A stretch of 64,000 bases of DNA from Octopus vulgaris (GCA_951406725.2 OX597815.1:177072001-177136000); one strand, 5' to 3'; shown: positions 26,385 through 39,939, numbered from the stretch's first letter. Translations and numbers: made by a program. The notes: generated from the sequence alone by a model not told the origin.

Positions 26385-27908
26385 AATTAAGATAAAGAAT
26401 TTTCAAAAATTTTAAATATACTCTCCTGTTCCTGGAACAATGATCTTCCATCTCTCTGGTAGACTTGCAGGGCCATTCTTCCAAAATTCTCTTGCTCGTG
26501 ACGAAAAATGTTCCTCCAGTAATGCTCTGACCTCGTCTACAGAATTCATATTTTGTCCGACCTAGTGATTTTGGAGACTGCAGAATAGATGATAATCAGA
26601 TGGGGCAATGTACGGCGAATATGGTGGGTGGGGATCGCTTCCTATTCAAACTGCTCCAGCCTTTGGTATGTTTCCCCCGCTGTATGTGGCCGAACATCTT
26701 GAAACCAAAGATGGCCGTTTTCCTTCAAACCATTCGCAGTAGATCTCCTTTGTTATCATTTGGTTCGGGTTTGAAGTTTTAAAGTGGACTAAACCATTTA
26801 TATCCCACCAAACAGAAAACAAAAGCTTACGTGGATGAAGACCGTCTTTAGTCTAGGGCGCCGGTGTTTCTCCTTTCTCTACCCCGCGTTTTCCGTGTTT
26901 GATATTTTTATAGTAAACACATTTCTCGACACCAGTCACTGTTCAGTCCAAAAAAATAGTTAATTCGAAAGACGTGACGACAAAGAAGAGCGCACATTCA
27001 CTCTCCGTGCATAACTATACACGAAAAGGTTGTGAGCCATTGGCCCAATTTGCTGACATTTCAGATGGTACACAGGAGTCAATGAATGGTTGAATAACCA
27101 AATCCAAGTTTCTCTGCTAGTTTGTCAAGTTACGATGGACATTATTTACATTCGACAGATATTTGTCCTCATCTTGTTTGTTGTTAACAAAACGCTTCGG
27201 TTGATATACCCTCCAGCGTTCTTCAGGTGTCTTGGGGAAATTTCGAACCTGGGTTCTCATTCCTAAGGTATTTTTCGATGTAATTATTATTATTTATTAT
27301 TTTCAGGTCACTGCTTGGAATCGAACTCGGAATCATGGGGTTAGTATCCCGCACTCTTAACCACTACGCCATATGTCCGTGGGCAATTATGGAGTAAATT
27401 TTAGGGCTCCATAATTGCCCACGGGCATATGGCGTAGTGGTTAGAGTGGGGGCTACTAACCCCAAGATTCCGAGTTCGATTCCAAGCAGTGACCTGAACA
27501 ACAACAACAACAACAATGATAATAATAATATCGAAAAATACCTTAGGAATGAGAACCCAGATTCGAAATTTCCCCAAGACTCCTGAAGAAGGCTAGAGGG
27601 TATATCAGCCGAAACGTTGTGATAACAACAAACAAGACGAGGATAAATATCCGTCGAATGTAAATATAGAACTGTTGTTACGATGGGATTTTGTTCCAAC
27701 AGGTTTGCAAGATGTCCTCGTCGAGCTCTACAGAACTTTCAGGATGTGGCTCGTCTTCTATGTTGTAGAATCTGGGTCGGAATTTCTGGAATCACACTTT
27801 ACACTGGCTTACGCTTAATGTCCGATCCCCATACACTGCATCAATATTCCTCTCACTTTCAGTTGCATTGTTGCAATTGAAAAAAAACCGCATTATTTAT
27901 AAGGTGAC

Positions 27909-27913
<5 letters not shown>
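26385..27913 (-). mobile_element. Decayed mariner transposon (transposase pseudogene), interrupted at 27139-27676
   Basis: Minus-strand motifs AVYGDRTLSVSQC (HTH), SKLGQW, VTGVEKCVYY, GLHPRKLLFSVWWDINGLVHF, HPPYSPYIAPSDYHLF; terminal tattgggtcaccttataaataatgcgg next to (TA)n. Confidence 0.9.
27139..27676. mobile_element. Palindromic tRNA-head plus hammerhead element, 10-bp TSD
   Basis: Inverted arms around 12-nt spacer 27395-27406; TSD gttacgatgg at 27129-27138 and 27677-27686; A box 27430-27440, B box 27472-27483; HHRs at 27186-27232 (-) and 27578-27623 (+). Confidence 0.88.
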
Positions 27914-27997
<84 letters not shown>

Positions 27998-28127
27998 ATA
28001 CGTGCGAACGTGTTTGCATATATGTGCATGCATGTTCCATACATATATACATGTAAAGTCTTAGTGGAACGAACAGCGCAAATTAAAACCTAAAGTGCAA
28101 CGTATATCTATTTCGCTATTAGCTTAC

Positions 28128-28455
28128 GAGGGCACGTGTCTAAATGATTATGGTATTTGGGTCGCGATCGCAAGGTTGTGCGTTCGATACTCAGCGGCAT
28201 GTTGTTTGCTTGGGGAAGACATTCTATTTCAAGTTGATCCAATTCACTCAACTGGAAAAAATGAGTAGGACCTCTATTTGAAAAAAGGACAGATTTGTCA
28301 CATCTTGCCTCACACTGAATTTCCCTGAGAACTGCGTTAAGGGCACGCGTGTTTATGGAGTGCTCAGCCATTTGCCCCTTTATTCAACGAGCAGGCTATT
28401 CCGTCGGTCGGATCGACTGGTACCCACGTCATCGTAACCAACGCAGTGCCAGTCG
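28128..28455 (+). mobile_element. SINE family D
   Basis: Degenerate tRNA head (gcgatcgcaaggttgtgcgttcgatactc); body shared with 37940 and 52178. Confidence 0.8.
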
Positions 28456-28525
28456 TTATTTGTTGTGAATCTACACAGGCGACACAATGGGTAAATAGCG
28501 ACGTAGGATGACTAGTTGCATACTA

Positions 28526-28652
28526 CAGGGTGTCCACAAAGTCTGGGTACATGGAGTAAATAAAATCATGATATAAAGAATTAAACATAGGAAATAATAA
28601 TTTCTTAAAGTATGTGTTAATCCCCATGTACCCAGACTTTGTGGACACCCTG
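28526..28652. mobile_element. Tc1/mariner-type MITE, 127 bp
   Basis: Perfect 29-bp TIR cagggtgtccacaaagtctgggtacatgg; TA on both flanks. Confidence 0.92.
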
Positions 28653-29976
28653 TAGAAGTCCATTCATCGCTCTGGAGCAATAGTTGATCGTACAGTCAGG
28701 GAAGTTTATCTATGTATCCGTTATGTTAAGCTTGATAGTTAATTCATATAGCTTTGCAGGTTTCATGTGTGTGTTTGTGAAATATCACTCATTTGAAATT
28801 AAATCTTCCTACATTGATTGAAAATTCCATTTTTCATGGTGCCGTAAATTCTGAAATTATTTTTTACTAATTATCACGAACGAAACTCTTGATAAATTAT
28901 AAATAAGCTATCGGCTTTTGTCACTATTGACTTTTCTTACTTTTGCCATGTTTTATTTTATTGTATCGTTATTGGAAATATTTCTGCTGATCTTAATGTG
29001 TGTGTGTGTTGTTTCACCTTTTTCTTCCTATTTACTCTATTATTGACGCGTGTATTCATGTGCAAACTTTTGAGTCAACATTTGACTTATTGAATTTAGA
29101 ATTAATATATAAATTGGAATTCCTACATGCCATACATATTTGAGTCAAATAACATTGAACTAATATATTTTTCGAAGATTTCGTCCTCAAATTCTTGCTC
29201 CCAAGTGATTTAGACAAATTTATGTGACGTGAGTTATTTAAGGAGAATGGATCTAATGTAATTAACATTTTTAGCCTATATTAGGATATAGCATCGAGTT
29301 TGAAACGTCTTAAACGGAATATTTTGACTTCTCCGCGAATAACGAAACGTTTGTGTGTCTGATAATTACACTTTACAGAAACGTAATTATAAATGGGAAG
29401 TAATATATGTATATCCTTAGATCTTTGGGAGACAGCAAAAAGATCTTGCTGGTTATAGAGCAAGGTAGACGAGTGAAGCTGGGAAGAGATGATAAGCGGT
29501 GATTTGGCCATCTCTACTGACCCACAAAGGGAAGTACGTTACAGTTTAGGGGTTGAAACACCCGATGATTGTTGGAATAAGTGGAAAAGAAGCATCTTCT
29601 CCTGGGCGTTATCAATATGTGCTAAACCTTTCAACTAAAACCCAGTGAATACCCAGCCTTGTTTTACATACGTGCCCCTTTCCTTTCAAGTTTCTTTCTT
29701 CTCCCACATTGCTTTTTTACACATATTTCGCTCCCGGGTTCAATTGCATCTCGAGTTAATTGAGAAGGACCATGAGAAGAAGTGTGATAGAAAATTAAAT
29801 AAGATGAAAGAAGCAATGCGAAAATTGATAAAATTAAATTGGTCTTTGTTCAGAACGATTTTTTCTTTATACGGAACTATTTTGTGAGTGTATAATATAT
29901 ATAAATTTGGTTCTTGTGTGTGAATGCCTAGGTGGACTTTTAAGTGTTTTGAAAAAATAATACAGAGATTTATATA

Positions 29977-30418
29977 CATTATTTACAATGGGCGGATGGT
30001 GTTCTCACCTTGTTTCTTGTTATCACAACGTTTCGGCTGATGTATTCTCCAGCCTTCATCAGGTATCATGGTCGTATTTCGAACCCAACCCTTTATCTGA
30101 CTAATGGGGTACTCTGTTCTCATTCCTAAAGTATGTTGCTGGTGCTATTTTTGTGGATAAGAGCGGTTTCTAAGTTCAATCACAGACAGGGACGTGAAAA
30201 ATAATATGAATAGAAAAATAACCTCAGCAACATATCTTAGGAAAAAGAGCAGTGTATTTCACAAGTCAAATAAAGGGATGAGTTCGGAATTCTACCAGAA
30301 CACTTGATGAAGGCTGGAAAGTACATCAGCCGAAACGTTGCGATAACAAAAAAGATGAGGGCACCTGTCCGTCCATTCTAATTAATGTGCATAATTCCTC
30401 GTTTCAAAAATATAGAAT
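29977..30418. mobile_element. Second palindromic HHR element (diverged subfamily), 12-bp TSD
   Basis: TSD gagatttatata at 29965-29976 and 30419-30430; HHR 30022-30067 (-) with intact core; HHR 30299-30344 (+, C3U); same termini as 27139-27676. Confidence 0.85.
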
Positions 30419-31645
30419 GAGATTTATATATCCGTATACATGTGAAGTATGTACGTATGTGTCTCTTAAGGTAGAGCGTGGACTAAGATGGATTTGTATT
30501 AGTGTTTTCGTGGTGGGATATAATCGTTTGTCAAATCAATATACTATTGTGTGTGTGTGTATGTGATATTGACATCCCATAACATCTTCTCCTCCCCTGC
30601 ACTCCCCTACATATTGCTTATTGTTAACACCCGCAAACTTGCTCCTTAAAATACATGACCCACACATTTTCTTTTCTTCCAAAAGCTTTTGTTTCACCAA
30701 GTCGCTCTCTGCGTTTACGTCTTCGGCTGCACATTAAATATAATATAATATATAAACGATATTTTTACGTACATGTGCGCACACTCACACATATACATGA
30801 ACACAAACAAACATACACACACAAACAAGCATGCACCCAAGCATACACACAGGACACACATACACATGCACACCCACCACACACGCGCACACACACGCGC
30901 GCACAAACACACACACATACACACACAGACTGGAAATTTCTAACAGACTACCTACTTCCAATAATTTTTTGAAACATTTGCGAAAGCATAAAAGAGTCTT
31001 GTTTGATTATTTACTAATCTGTTTCCTTGATAAATAAATATTGCTTCTTTCTTTCAAATTTAAGTTCACCTATAGCATATTTTCCCCTCCATTTATCATA
31101 TTCTGCGTCCTCTGTAATCTTGTTTGCGTTGTTGCCAATTTGCATCAATGAGCAAATCAACGCTCTGTGGTTGCAAGTACAGAACCACACAGTAACACAC
31201 ACCTACGCATCTACATCCATCAAAGCTTTCAGATGGACATGTATGTTTTTCTAATAGAGAGTTAATGCACGAATGCATATGAATGAATATCGATATATAA
31301 CTATATATGAACGGTGAAAATATTTAGTAATACTGAAGCGAAATGATTTTGCGGAACGTTGAACAATATCGATTTCTTTTGATTAAGAATGAGACGAAAC
31401 TTTAAGACAAAACTGAAAGGACATAGATGAATGAGGCGGTTCGATGTTAAACAACAAGCTGAGATGAATGCTCTGTAGTTCGTTACATTTCAGCAACACT
31501 GCGTTGCACTGTTGTACACCACAACCATTCACAAAAGTCACAGGTAACATATTTCTGAAAACTGTGGAAGCTCAGAGGCCTACAGAACTCGACAGATTGC
31601 TAAACTGAATTTCTCATTTCGAAGCATACATTTGATACATACATA

Positions 31646-31875
31646 CACGTTGCCCAACGTCGTCTGCATTGATGGCAGCGTTCCTGGAACTCCCTCTTTG
31701 GGACAGCGATGCATATGTGGTGCACCTTGTCCACCATCACTAGGTCCAGTCTGTTATGCTCTAGCACCTGATCTGTTTGGATTGCGAAATCACAAACAAT
31801 TTTACTACTCTCCGATTCCGCAACTCTGCGCTTTTTTGCTCATACCACGTCTTGCCTATCTCGTGCCTCAAAATT
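31646..31875 (-). mobile_element. R4/Dong LINE fragment, inverted copy of 32884-33113
   Basis: Near-identical reverse complement; ORF pairs 31632+ and 32864- share LPNVVCIDGSVPGTPSLGQ. Confidence 0.85.
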
Positions 31876-31877
31876 AC

Positions 31878-31910
<33 letters not shown>

Positions 31911-32434
31911 CATGCACACATACATGCATAGTTACGCGCGCACACACACACACACACACACATATATATAAACTAATACATTAGTTTGTTGTCTACACCA
32001 CCTGTCTTCGTCTTTTCTATTTTGTGAATTCTTCCCCTATATATGTATGTAGGTAAGTATTATTATATCGTGTCATATATATGTATGTGTGTGTGTGACT
32101 GCATGTTTGCATGTGAGTAGTTGAACATAAATATATTATAGAAATTATAGTAACAGGGATCAACATAGTATTTTTCAATGAATTCAGGATGAATATAGCA
32201 TGTGAGTGACCGATATTAGGGTAAACTAAGGGAAAAGTGAATAGTAGTAGTAATGGTAGTAATAATAATCATGTAGATCATAGATATAGCATGCCCAGCT
32301 GACAACAATGTATGTATTACATCTATCCCGTAACTGCGACAGTCATAGAAATTTTAAGATTAAAATGATCAACTACGAGAGACAAAAGTAGACTACTTTA
32401 TAAACTTCCAAATCTGAAATAGTTAACACCATTA

Positions 32435-32829
32435 CAAATAAAGAAAACAAACTATGCTGTATCATAGACATAGCATGCCCATCTGACAACAAGGTATGCG
32501 ATAAGGAAGAGAGAAAAGTCGAGAGATATGACAGGTTAGCTTGGGAAGTTAAGCAATTGTGGTCGTTGAAAAAGGTAGCAGTAGTACCAATAATTGTCGG
32601 AGCCCTGGGAACAGTGAGCAAAATTCTCGAGAAGTACGTGGAACAAATAGAAGCTGCAATAAGGGTGGAGCACTTGCAGAAAATAGCACTGCTTGGAACC
32701 GCACGAATTATCTGGAAGGTGCTCGAAAAATAAGAGGTGTCACTTTAGTTCACTGGTAGTGAAAAGCTGATACCGTAGTACATCTCTAGCGTTAGAAGCT
32801 GTGCAAAGGCAATGACAATAATAATAATA
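32435..32829 (+). mobile_element. R4/Dong-clade LINE 3' end: restriction-like endonuclease, 3'UTR, (AAT)n
   Basis: CIIDIACPSDNKVCDKEERKVERYDRLAWEVKQLWSLKKVAVVPIIVGALG...LQKIALLGTARIIWKVLEK*. Confidence 0.92.
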
Positions 32830-32834
32830 CTGTA

Positions 32835-33113
32835 GTGGCAACATGATCGGGTAGCGAAAGTGTTTACATTGGAAACTGTGCGAAATTTTGAGGCACGAAA
32901 TAGGCAAGGCGTGGTATGAGCAAAAAAGCGCAGAGTTGCGGAGTCGGTGAGTAGTAAAATTGTTTGTGATTTCCCAATCCAAACAGATCAGGTGCTAGAG
33001 CATAACAGACTGGACCTAGTAATGGTGGACAAGATGCACGACATATGCATTGCTGTCCCAAAGAGGGAGTTCCAGGAACGCTGCCATCAATGCAAACGAC
33101 GTTGGGTAACGCG
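32835..33113 (+). mobile_element. R4/Dong LINE internal fragment (region entering the REL domain)
   Basis: HDRVAK..HWKLC...WYEQK...KIVCDFPIQTDQVLEHNRLDLVMVDK. Confidence 0.85.
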
Positions 33114-36100
33114 TCAGGCTTGTGATGGAGACTGTATTCAAATACGTAAGCATGCACACACATCATACATACACACACACACACACACACACAACATACA
33201 TACACACAGACAGCTGAAATGTGTGTGTGTTAGTAAACGATGGCCTTATACACATACCGCCGGTAGGCTTGATTCCATTTCCGTCTGCCAAATTTTTGTC
33301 GACCTGATTCAGTAGAAGACACTTGTCCAGGGTATTATGAAGCGGAACCGTCACCGAAACTATGTGGCTAAGAAGCAAAACACTCAACGATGTAACTATG
33401 GCGACGTCTAGCAGTCAGATCGCTCAACTATTGGTCGAGGTTAATCATATAACCTTGTTTGACTTTCTTGATTAATTCTATATTGTTGTAATGGAAGTGT
33501 CTAAAATATACACAACTTCAAAAATGATCATACTTGTGTGTGTGATAATATAAGACGTATGAGTAACCAGAAACAGAGACATGGAAAAGCTTCAAGTTGA
33601 ATGTGTATGCGTGTGTGTGTGTGCGTCTGCGTGTGTGAGTAACGGGAGCGTTTATATATAGTAATATGGATATATCTGTTTATCGATGCTTGATTGATAT
33701 ATATATATCCATAACGGAGTCGTTTCAAAAAATAAAAGCGTCGAGTTTTTAAATATAGTTTTAATGTATTTAGCTTTACATTTATCTAATTGAATTTCCT
33801 TGTAGTTACTTATCTTTGAGATCTTTCACGTCAAAGTATAAAAAATATCTTCTTAATATCAGGAAAATACGTTTGTAATAAGAAATAGAAGAATGGTTGA
33901 GTAAATAACTAATTATTTGAACGTCAGATGCTTTATATTGGGTCTTTGAAAACATGATAGCAGAGTTAGTTGCTCGGCAACTAACAGTGAAATAATGACT
34001 TATTACGTTAGTACAAACCACAATTTTCTAGTGAAGATGTATAATTGGCTGAATTGACTGCAGTCCAGGTCTGATTTTTCTGTTATCGTCTCGGGGGAAT
34101 GAAAGATATAATCAATCCATAAAGTATTATTGGAGTTCAGTGTAGCGACGTAAGACTGGTTGTTTCACTATATTCCCCTGCGTTGTTCACACTAGTTTCC
34201 AAAAGAATGGAGTCAGGAATATAAATGTAGGACATATATCCGTCCATAGCAAAGTTCTGATGTTTCAACGAATATAACATTACATCGTTTCATACATAAC
34301 GAGCTTTATCACCATACACTGCTCCTTTGGTGCCTTTAGTCTTAAACATTCTGGTGAAAATATTCGGATAAGAAGATGTTCACGCTTAGGGTAAGGAAAA
34401 TATGTTTATTCTGAAGTTGGCGTGACTTGTCAGCCTGTTACTGACTGTTAGATGATATTGGTGAGAAGAATATTTGAACAGTGGAAGGATGATGTTTTGC
34501 ATTTGTGAGTATCGCATCTTTTCGAAGATGTGCTCGACTACATTCCTCTACTTCAAGTAGTAGGGTAAGAATTAAAAGATTCGATCTTCTATTTCCACCA
34601 GGTTGGGCAACTAGATAATGTTTCTAGATGTTCAAATTCTTAGGTAAGACTTCAGAAGTCTGTCCACACATAGGGTGCATTGTTCTAAATCCTGATCTCT
34701 GATATCTCGTAGTTGACTCTCCTTTACAACAGCGAACGGATTTTCGTGGGATGGGTAGAGAAGAGACTAGAAGCGAAGATCAATATAAACTATGGTTAGA
34801 GTCAGTCAAAACAAAAGTAATTTAGAATTTACGAATCCCTATCTGGAGAAAAAATGAAAACTGTCATCGAGAACCCTGCTCCTTCCGAATTGTAAATCAA
34901 TAGAATATAATTCCTTCTGCTGTCGTCCCCAAGCTCTGTGCTAGTGCCTCAAAACTGACATGGCTCCGAGAAAGTCATTTAAAATTACTAACGTCCCAAT
35001 CAAATTATTTTCTACAGTGGAAGAGATGGTCATCGAAATACAGGCATTGTAATACACTTCTATGCCTCCCACAAACGGAAACCAACTCCAAAATACACTG
35101 ACAAAACAAATTCAGAATCTACTGACCGAGTCATTTTCTATGATCAACTACCTACGAGAAATATTAGGCTCACTGGTACGTTGATAATAAAAGCTAAAAA
35201 AAAGCAATTAAACATTTACCCATACATTATTGGTTTTGCACCTCGTTAGTTTTGTTCAGTGCAGAACGGATGCAAAAGTCTGCCTGCTGTAAAACATACC
35301 AACTTCAAAATTTGCGATCGTTTTAATCGGTCGATTAGCTTTTTGTCACTCTGACAGGAAATTCTGTTTCACAGAAAATACCTGTCTCATTTACGTGGAT
35401 GAATCAACACATGGTACCCATTCTCTCCCTTCACACACAGCCATTTTATACTCCCTTCCCACCTACGTTTTGCCTTCTGGCTTCGGCCTATAGATATTCA
35501 ACCTAAACATCTTGCGCATCAATATTAACAACCGCGGAGAGATTAAACTCTCTCTCTATTATCTTTAAAACTCTCTTTTCTAACTCGCGGTTTTTCTAAT
35601 ATATTCTTTTAACCCCTGCATTCACCAAACATCTGCAGATTCTGCAACGTTTCTGCATCTGTATCTTGCCCTCTCTTTAGGATCTAATTGTTGTCATTTC
35701 TCGGGTTAGAGGCGGAAATTCTCACATTATGTATCATTTCATACGCTTATAAACTCTGAAATACATAGTAGGAGAAACCCTCCAGGCTCAGATGCTGACT
35801 TAATGTTTAAAAACTCTGTATACGACTGCGACTGTGGCGGTAACAGTCGTAATATACTTGGCATCAATATAAACCTAGATTCTTTCTTTAATATTGATAC
35901 ATCCAACCTAAGTTACCTGCGTATGATTTAAATTTGTCTCTCAAGATATTGGTCTTTGACTTACCGTGTCTCAATCATTGTTAAAGAAAAATTCTAATGA
36001 GAGCTTATATGGTAGAGTTACATATTGCATATTGGGGAATCTTTGCTAAGTTTTTTTTTAGCCTAATAATACCAAACTGGGCACGCACTTCATATTGAGC

Positions 36101-37334
36101 ATCAAATCGTATTGGTGGGGAGAACGAAAAATATTCTGAGATTGATCATTCATAAGTATAATGACTTATGAATGTATATTTAACTTTACTAGCCTTTTCT
36201 CTGTAAAACAAAACCCAAATCCAAAACTATTATTGGTTGATTGTTGAGCAGAAGCGGTATAAGTTTGTAGCATGCATGGACACTTGGCCAAGTAGTGAAG
36301 TCTGAACGAACAACCTGCTAGTTAAAGAATGTAGACACAGTAATATTTCCTCTTCTTATGTGCACTTTCTCGAATTTAGAACAAGTGACGGGAGTGGAGG
36401 TTTATTAAGGTAGATGCATGTCTTGATTTTCCTAAAATTCTAATAGAGAAAGTAGTTCAATCTTATAGCATTACTTTAAGAATAAGCATAGAAATATGCT
36501 ATGAAAAGGTTTTAAACTAAACGCAAATATCTTTGTTTGCCTTTGCTTTGTATGGTGAGAGTTTCGTGTATTCTTTTGTAATGAATTGGTCTATCATTGA
36601 TATCTTTTTAAATGTCAACTTAGCCTTTGAAAGAAAAATGTTTGTTTTGGGATCAATAAAGGCAAGGTAAATCACGACTATACGCCAGATTGTCGTCTAA
36701 ACAGTAAACTGGTTTGATTGATAGTTTTTCAATTTAAGCAATCGAAAGCTCATATAACCAGAGTAAAAGTATATAGCTTCTTCTCTGTATTGTAAATAAT
36801 GTATAACTTACTGAATAATTTCTGCAACCTTGAAAATCATTCAATTCCTGTTTCTCTTCTAAAGAAATATTGCATTTGAATTAATCTTACATCTTTTCCA
36901 AGATGAACGTGCAATTTGTTTTTGTTTTCACGTTCCCTAATCATTTTGTTACGTAAGTTTTATACCCCGCAGGCCAAGCTGATTCTCGTTTCATGATCTT
37001 GCTTTACAACTCAGATAAATAAACATTCGATTGAAAAGCCTTTTCTATAAATCAGAGGCATAACATGAAATGTATTACAGCAATATAGAAAAAAAAACTG
37101 CCTTCGAACCTTTCATTTCAGTCATGCATTCGATGTGATTATCAACAATAATTTATTTCTTCGGTTATCTTGATTTAAGATTTATTATTTATGTTGCATC
37201 GCCAACATTGCACAAGCAATATTAACCCATCGACTAATGACATACAGAAAAAAAACTAGCGAGAACATGTTCTGAAAATACGTTCACCTCCCGGATTTTC
37301 TAATGATTCTCAGACATGAAGCGTCTCGTGGTAA

Positions 37335-37337
<3 letters not shown>

Positions 37338-37409
<72 letters not shown>
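37338..37409. repeat. (GA)n microsatellite
   Basis: Perfect GA run. Confidence 0.98.
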
Positions 37410-37413
<4 letters not shown>

Positions 37414-37524
37414 GGTCATGCTGATTGAAGTATGGGAAGACATCTTGTTCCTCCCCAAAAAATCATGAACAAACACCGGCATTTAATCTAAAATGTCTAT
37501 CATAATGTTACGCTTATGATAATA

Positions 37525-37917
37525 ATACTCTTTTACGTCTTTCAGTCATTTGACTGCGGCCATGCTGGAGCACCGCCTTTAGTCGAACAAATCGACCTCA
37601 GAACTTATTCTTTGTAAGCTTATTCTATGAGTCTGTTTTGCCGAACCACTAAGTTACGGGGATGTAAACACACCAACATCATTTTTCAAGTGAAGGTGGG
37701 GAGGACAAACACAGACACACAAGTACATATATATATATATATATATCATATACATGACGGGCTTCTTACAGTTTCCGTCTACCAAATCAAATCACAAGGT
37801 TTTGGTTGGCCCGAGGCTATAGCAGAAGAGAGTCCCTCTTGTTGCCACGCAGTGGCACTGAAACTGGGACTATGTGGTTGGGAAGCCGGCTTCTTACCAC
37901 ACAGCCACTCCTGCGCT
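37525..37917 (-). mobile_element. SINE family B, full length
   Basis: tttcagtcatttgactgcggccatgctggagcaccgcc ... accacacagccactcctgcg. Confidence 0.9.
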
Positions 37918-37939
37918 AATAATAAGCATTGATATAGTG

Positions 37940-38260
37940 AAAGCGTGTGGTCAAGGGGTCAGATTATTCGACTCGCGATCGTAAGGTCGTAAGTTCGATA
38001 GCTGTCGGTGGGTTGTGTCCTTGAGGAAGACCCTGTATTTCCCGCCAATCCAGTTCATTCAATTAGCAAAAATGAGTAGCGCTTGTAATTTAAGGGGACA
38101 ACCTTGTCGGATTCTGTGTCACGCCGAATCTCTGAGAATTATCTTAAGGTATGCGTGTCTGAGGCCTGCTCAGCTACTTGTATGTTAATTTCACGAGCAA
38201 GCTGTTCTAATGACCAGATTGTCTGGAATCATTGTCTTCTTAATCGATGGAGTGCCAGTT
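37940..38260 (+). mobile_element. SINE family D
   Basis: cgcgatcgtaaggtcgtaagttcgat..ttgtgtccttgagg..; ends gatggagtgcca. Confidence 0.78.
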
Positions 38261-39939
38261 TTTTCAATATAATTGATCACCATGGATTTTGTATTCATAT
38301 TTGTATGAACATGGAAATTAAAGTAAAGAGAAACAACACATGTCCGTAACCAGTTAAAGAATCGTAAATAATGCGAATAAGTGTCTGACCGAGCGAGGAT
38401 ATTGGCGCTTTAATTATTCCTGCAGTCATTTTGTCTAACCCTGTAACTCATCACTTCAATCATATAAAATGAAGGAGTTTTAATCATAAAACCAACATAA
38501 ATATGATGTTGAATATATGTTTTAAGTAACTGAAGTAAATACATATTTCAAATAACTTCGTCCGAAATCAATAAACGAGATAATAGCCGTAAAATCCGAT
38601 TCCGATTCCAGACAAAACATTATTCACGTCATCAGATACAAAATAACAGGACACGATTTATAACGGCATTCATGTTAGAGAATATATTTGTACCATAAAA
38701 TTTGCGACGACTGTGTTAGCAATGTTGTATTTGCACGAGGCATAATTATATCCAAAACTTTGTGGAATTATGCTTATGTATTTTGATATAACACTATCAT
38801 TAAATAATATCAAACGTCATATGTGTTTAAATGTAATACAGGTGGTATCGGTTGCATTTATTGAAACTACCAGAACTTTTCAAACTTTCATAAATGTGTG
38901 CATGTTCTAAGCTTTCATATTTATGAGAGAAAGACACCGATACGCAGTCACGCAAACACGCAAACGCATAATATATATCAGTGATATTAATAAATACAGA
39001 AAGCCGTTTCAGTTTATAAGAGTATTTGTACATAATACGGTTGATTCTGAACGAACCTTCAATATGTACGAGTATAAATATGATTGAGACATTTGTAGAT
39101 ATGATAGAATGTATGATGGTTTTATTGGTAAAATTGACTTAAGAGTGTTTGACACGTCATGATTGATCTTTTCTTTTCTGCTTGTATTAAATTGGAACTT
39201 TTATTCATTCAGTTAGCCACATGACACTAAACTACGGGAGATTTCACCAAATATAGGTAAAGACGTTTTATAGCGACTTTCAAAAAACATTCATTATTGC
39301 ACAGTTTGAATTTTGTTCAGTGTCTTAGAACAGGACATTATGATAATTTTCACGTTTTTGCGTGAGAATACGAGTAAAATCCGGATCAGACATCAATTTA
39401 ATTCTTGCTTACAATATTCACTATAGCAATCTGACTGATATTCCGATTTTCATTATCGATTAAATCATGTACATCACCGTGATAGTGGTTTCAATAACTC
39501 AAGTGTATATGTATCACGTGATTCCTATATCTTCACTGTATAAAGTATATATATTTTGTGGAATAGATTTCAAATTAGTGAAATTTGTTCCACGAATATA
39601 CGAACACCTTTCTGTTAGCCTTAAATACTAAAAAAAATGGACATTATCTGCAGTAGTTTCGAGGACGTCACAACAAAAGTAAGTCACCAAAATCAGTGTT
39701 AGATGGTAGATACACTATTGATAATGGAATTGATATTTGCTCTAGGAAGATTTGATTTTCTTTTCACATACCGCCAGGTTTTTTTGGCTTTGTGTAAAGC
39801 ATTGTACAACCCCATGGTAAGGCTCAATGGCGCATCCAAGAAATATGTCACCCTAATATTTCTATCTATTGTAACAGATAATCTGTAGCTACAGCAGAAA
39901 CTTCTGATTTTCTCACATGTGGGTCTTGTGTGTGTGCAC

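Noticed and set aside
27423-27495. Genuine tRNA genes here and at 20262, 24135-24205 and 50435
   Set aside because: A/B boxes present but acceptor stems do not close and they continue into repeat bodies; they are SINE heads
34100-36100. Possible old LINE/PLE coding relic in non-repetitive sequence
   Set aside because: No convincing protein motif could be read by eye
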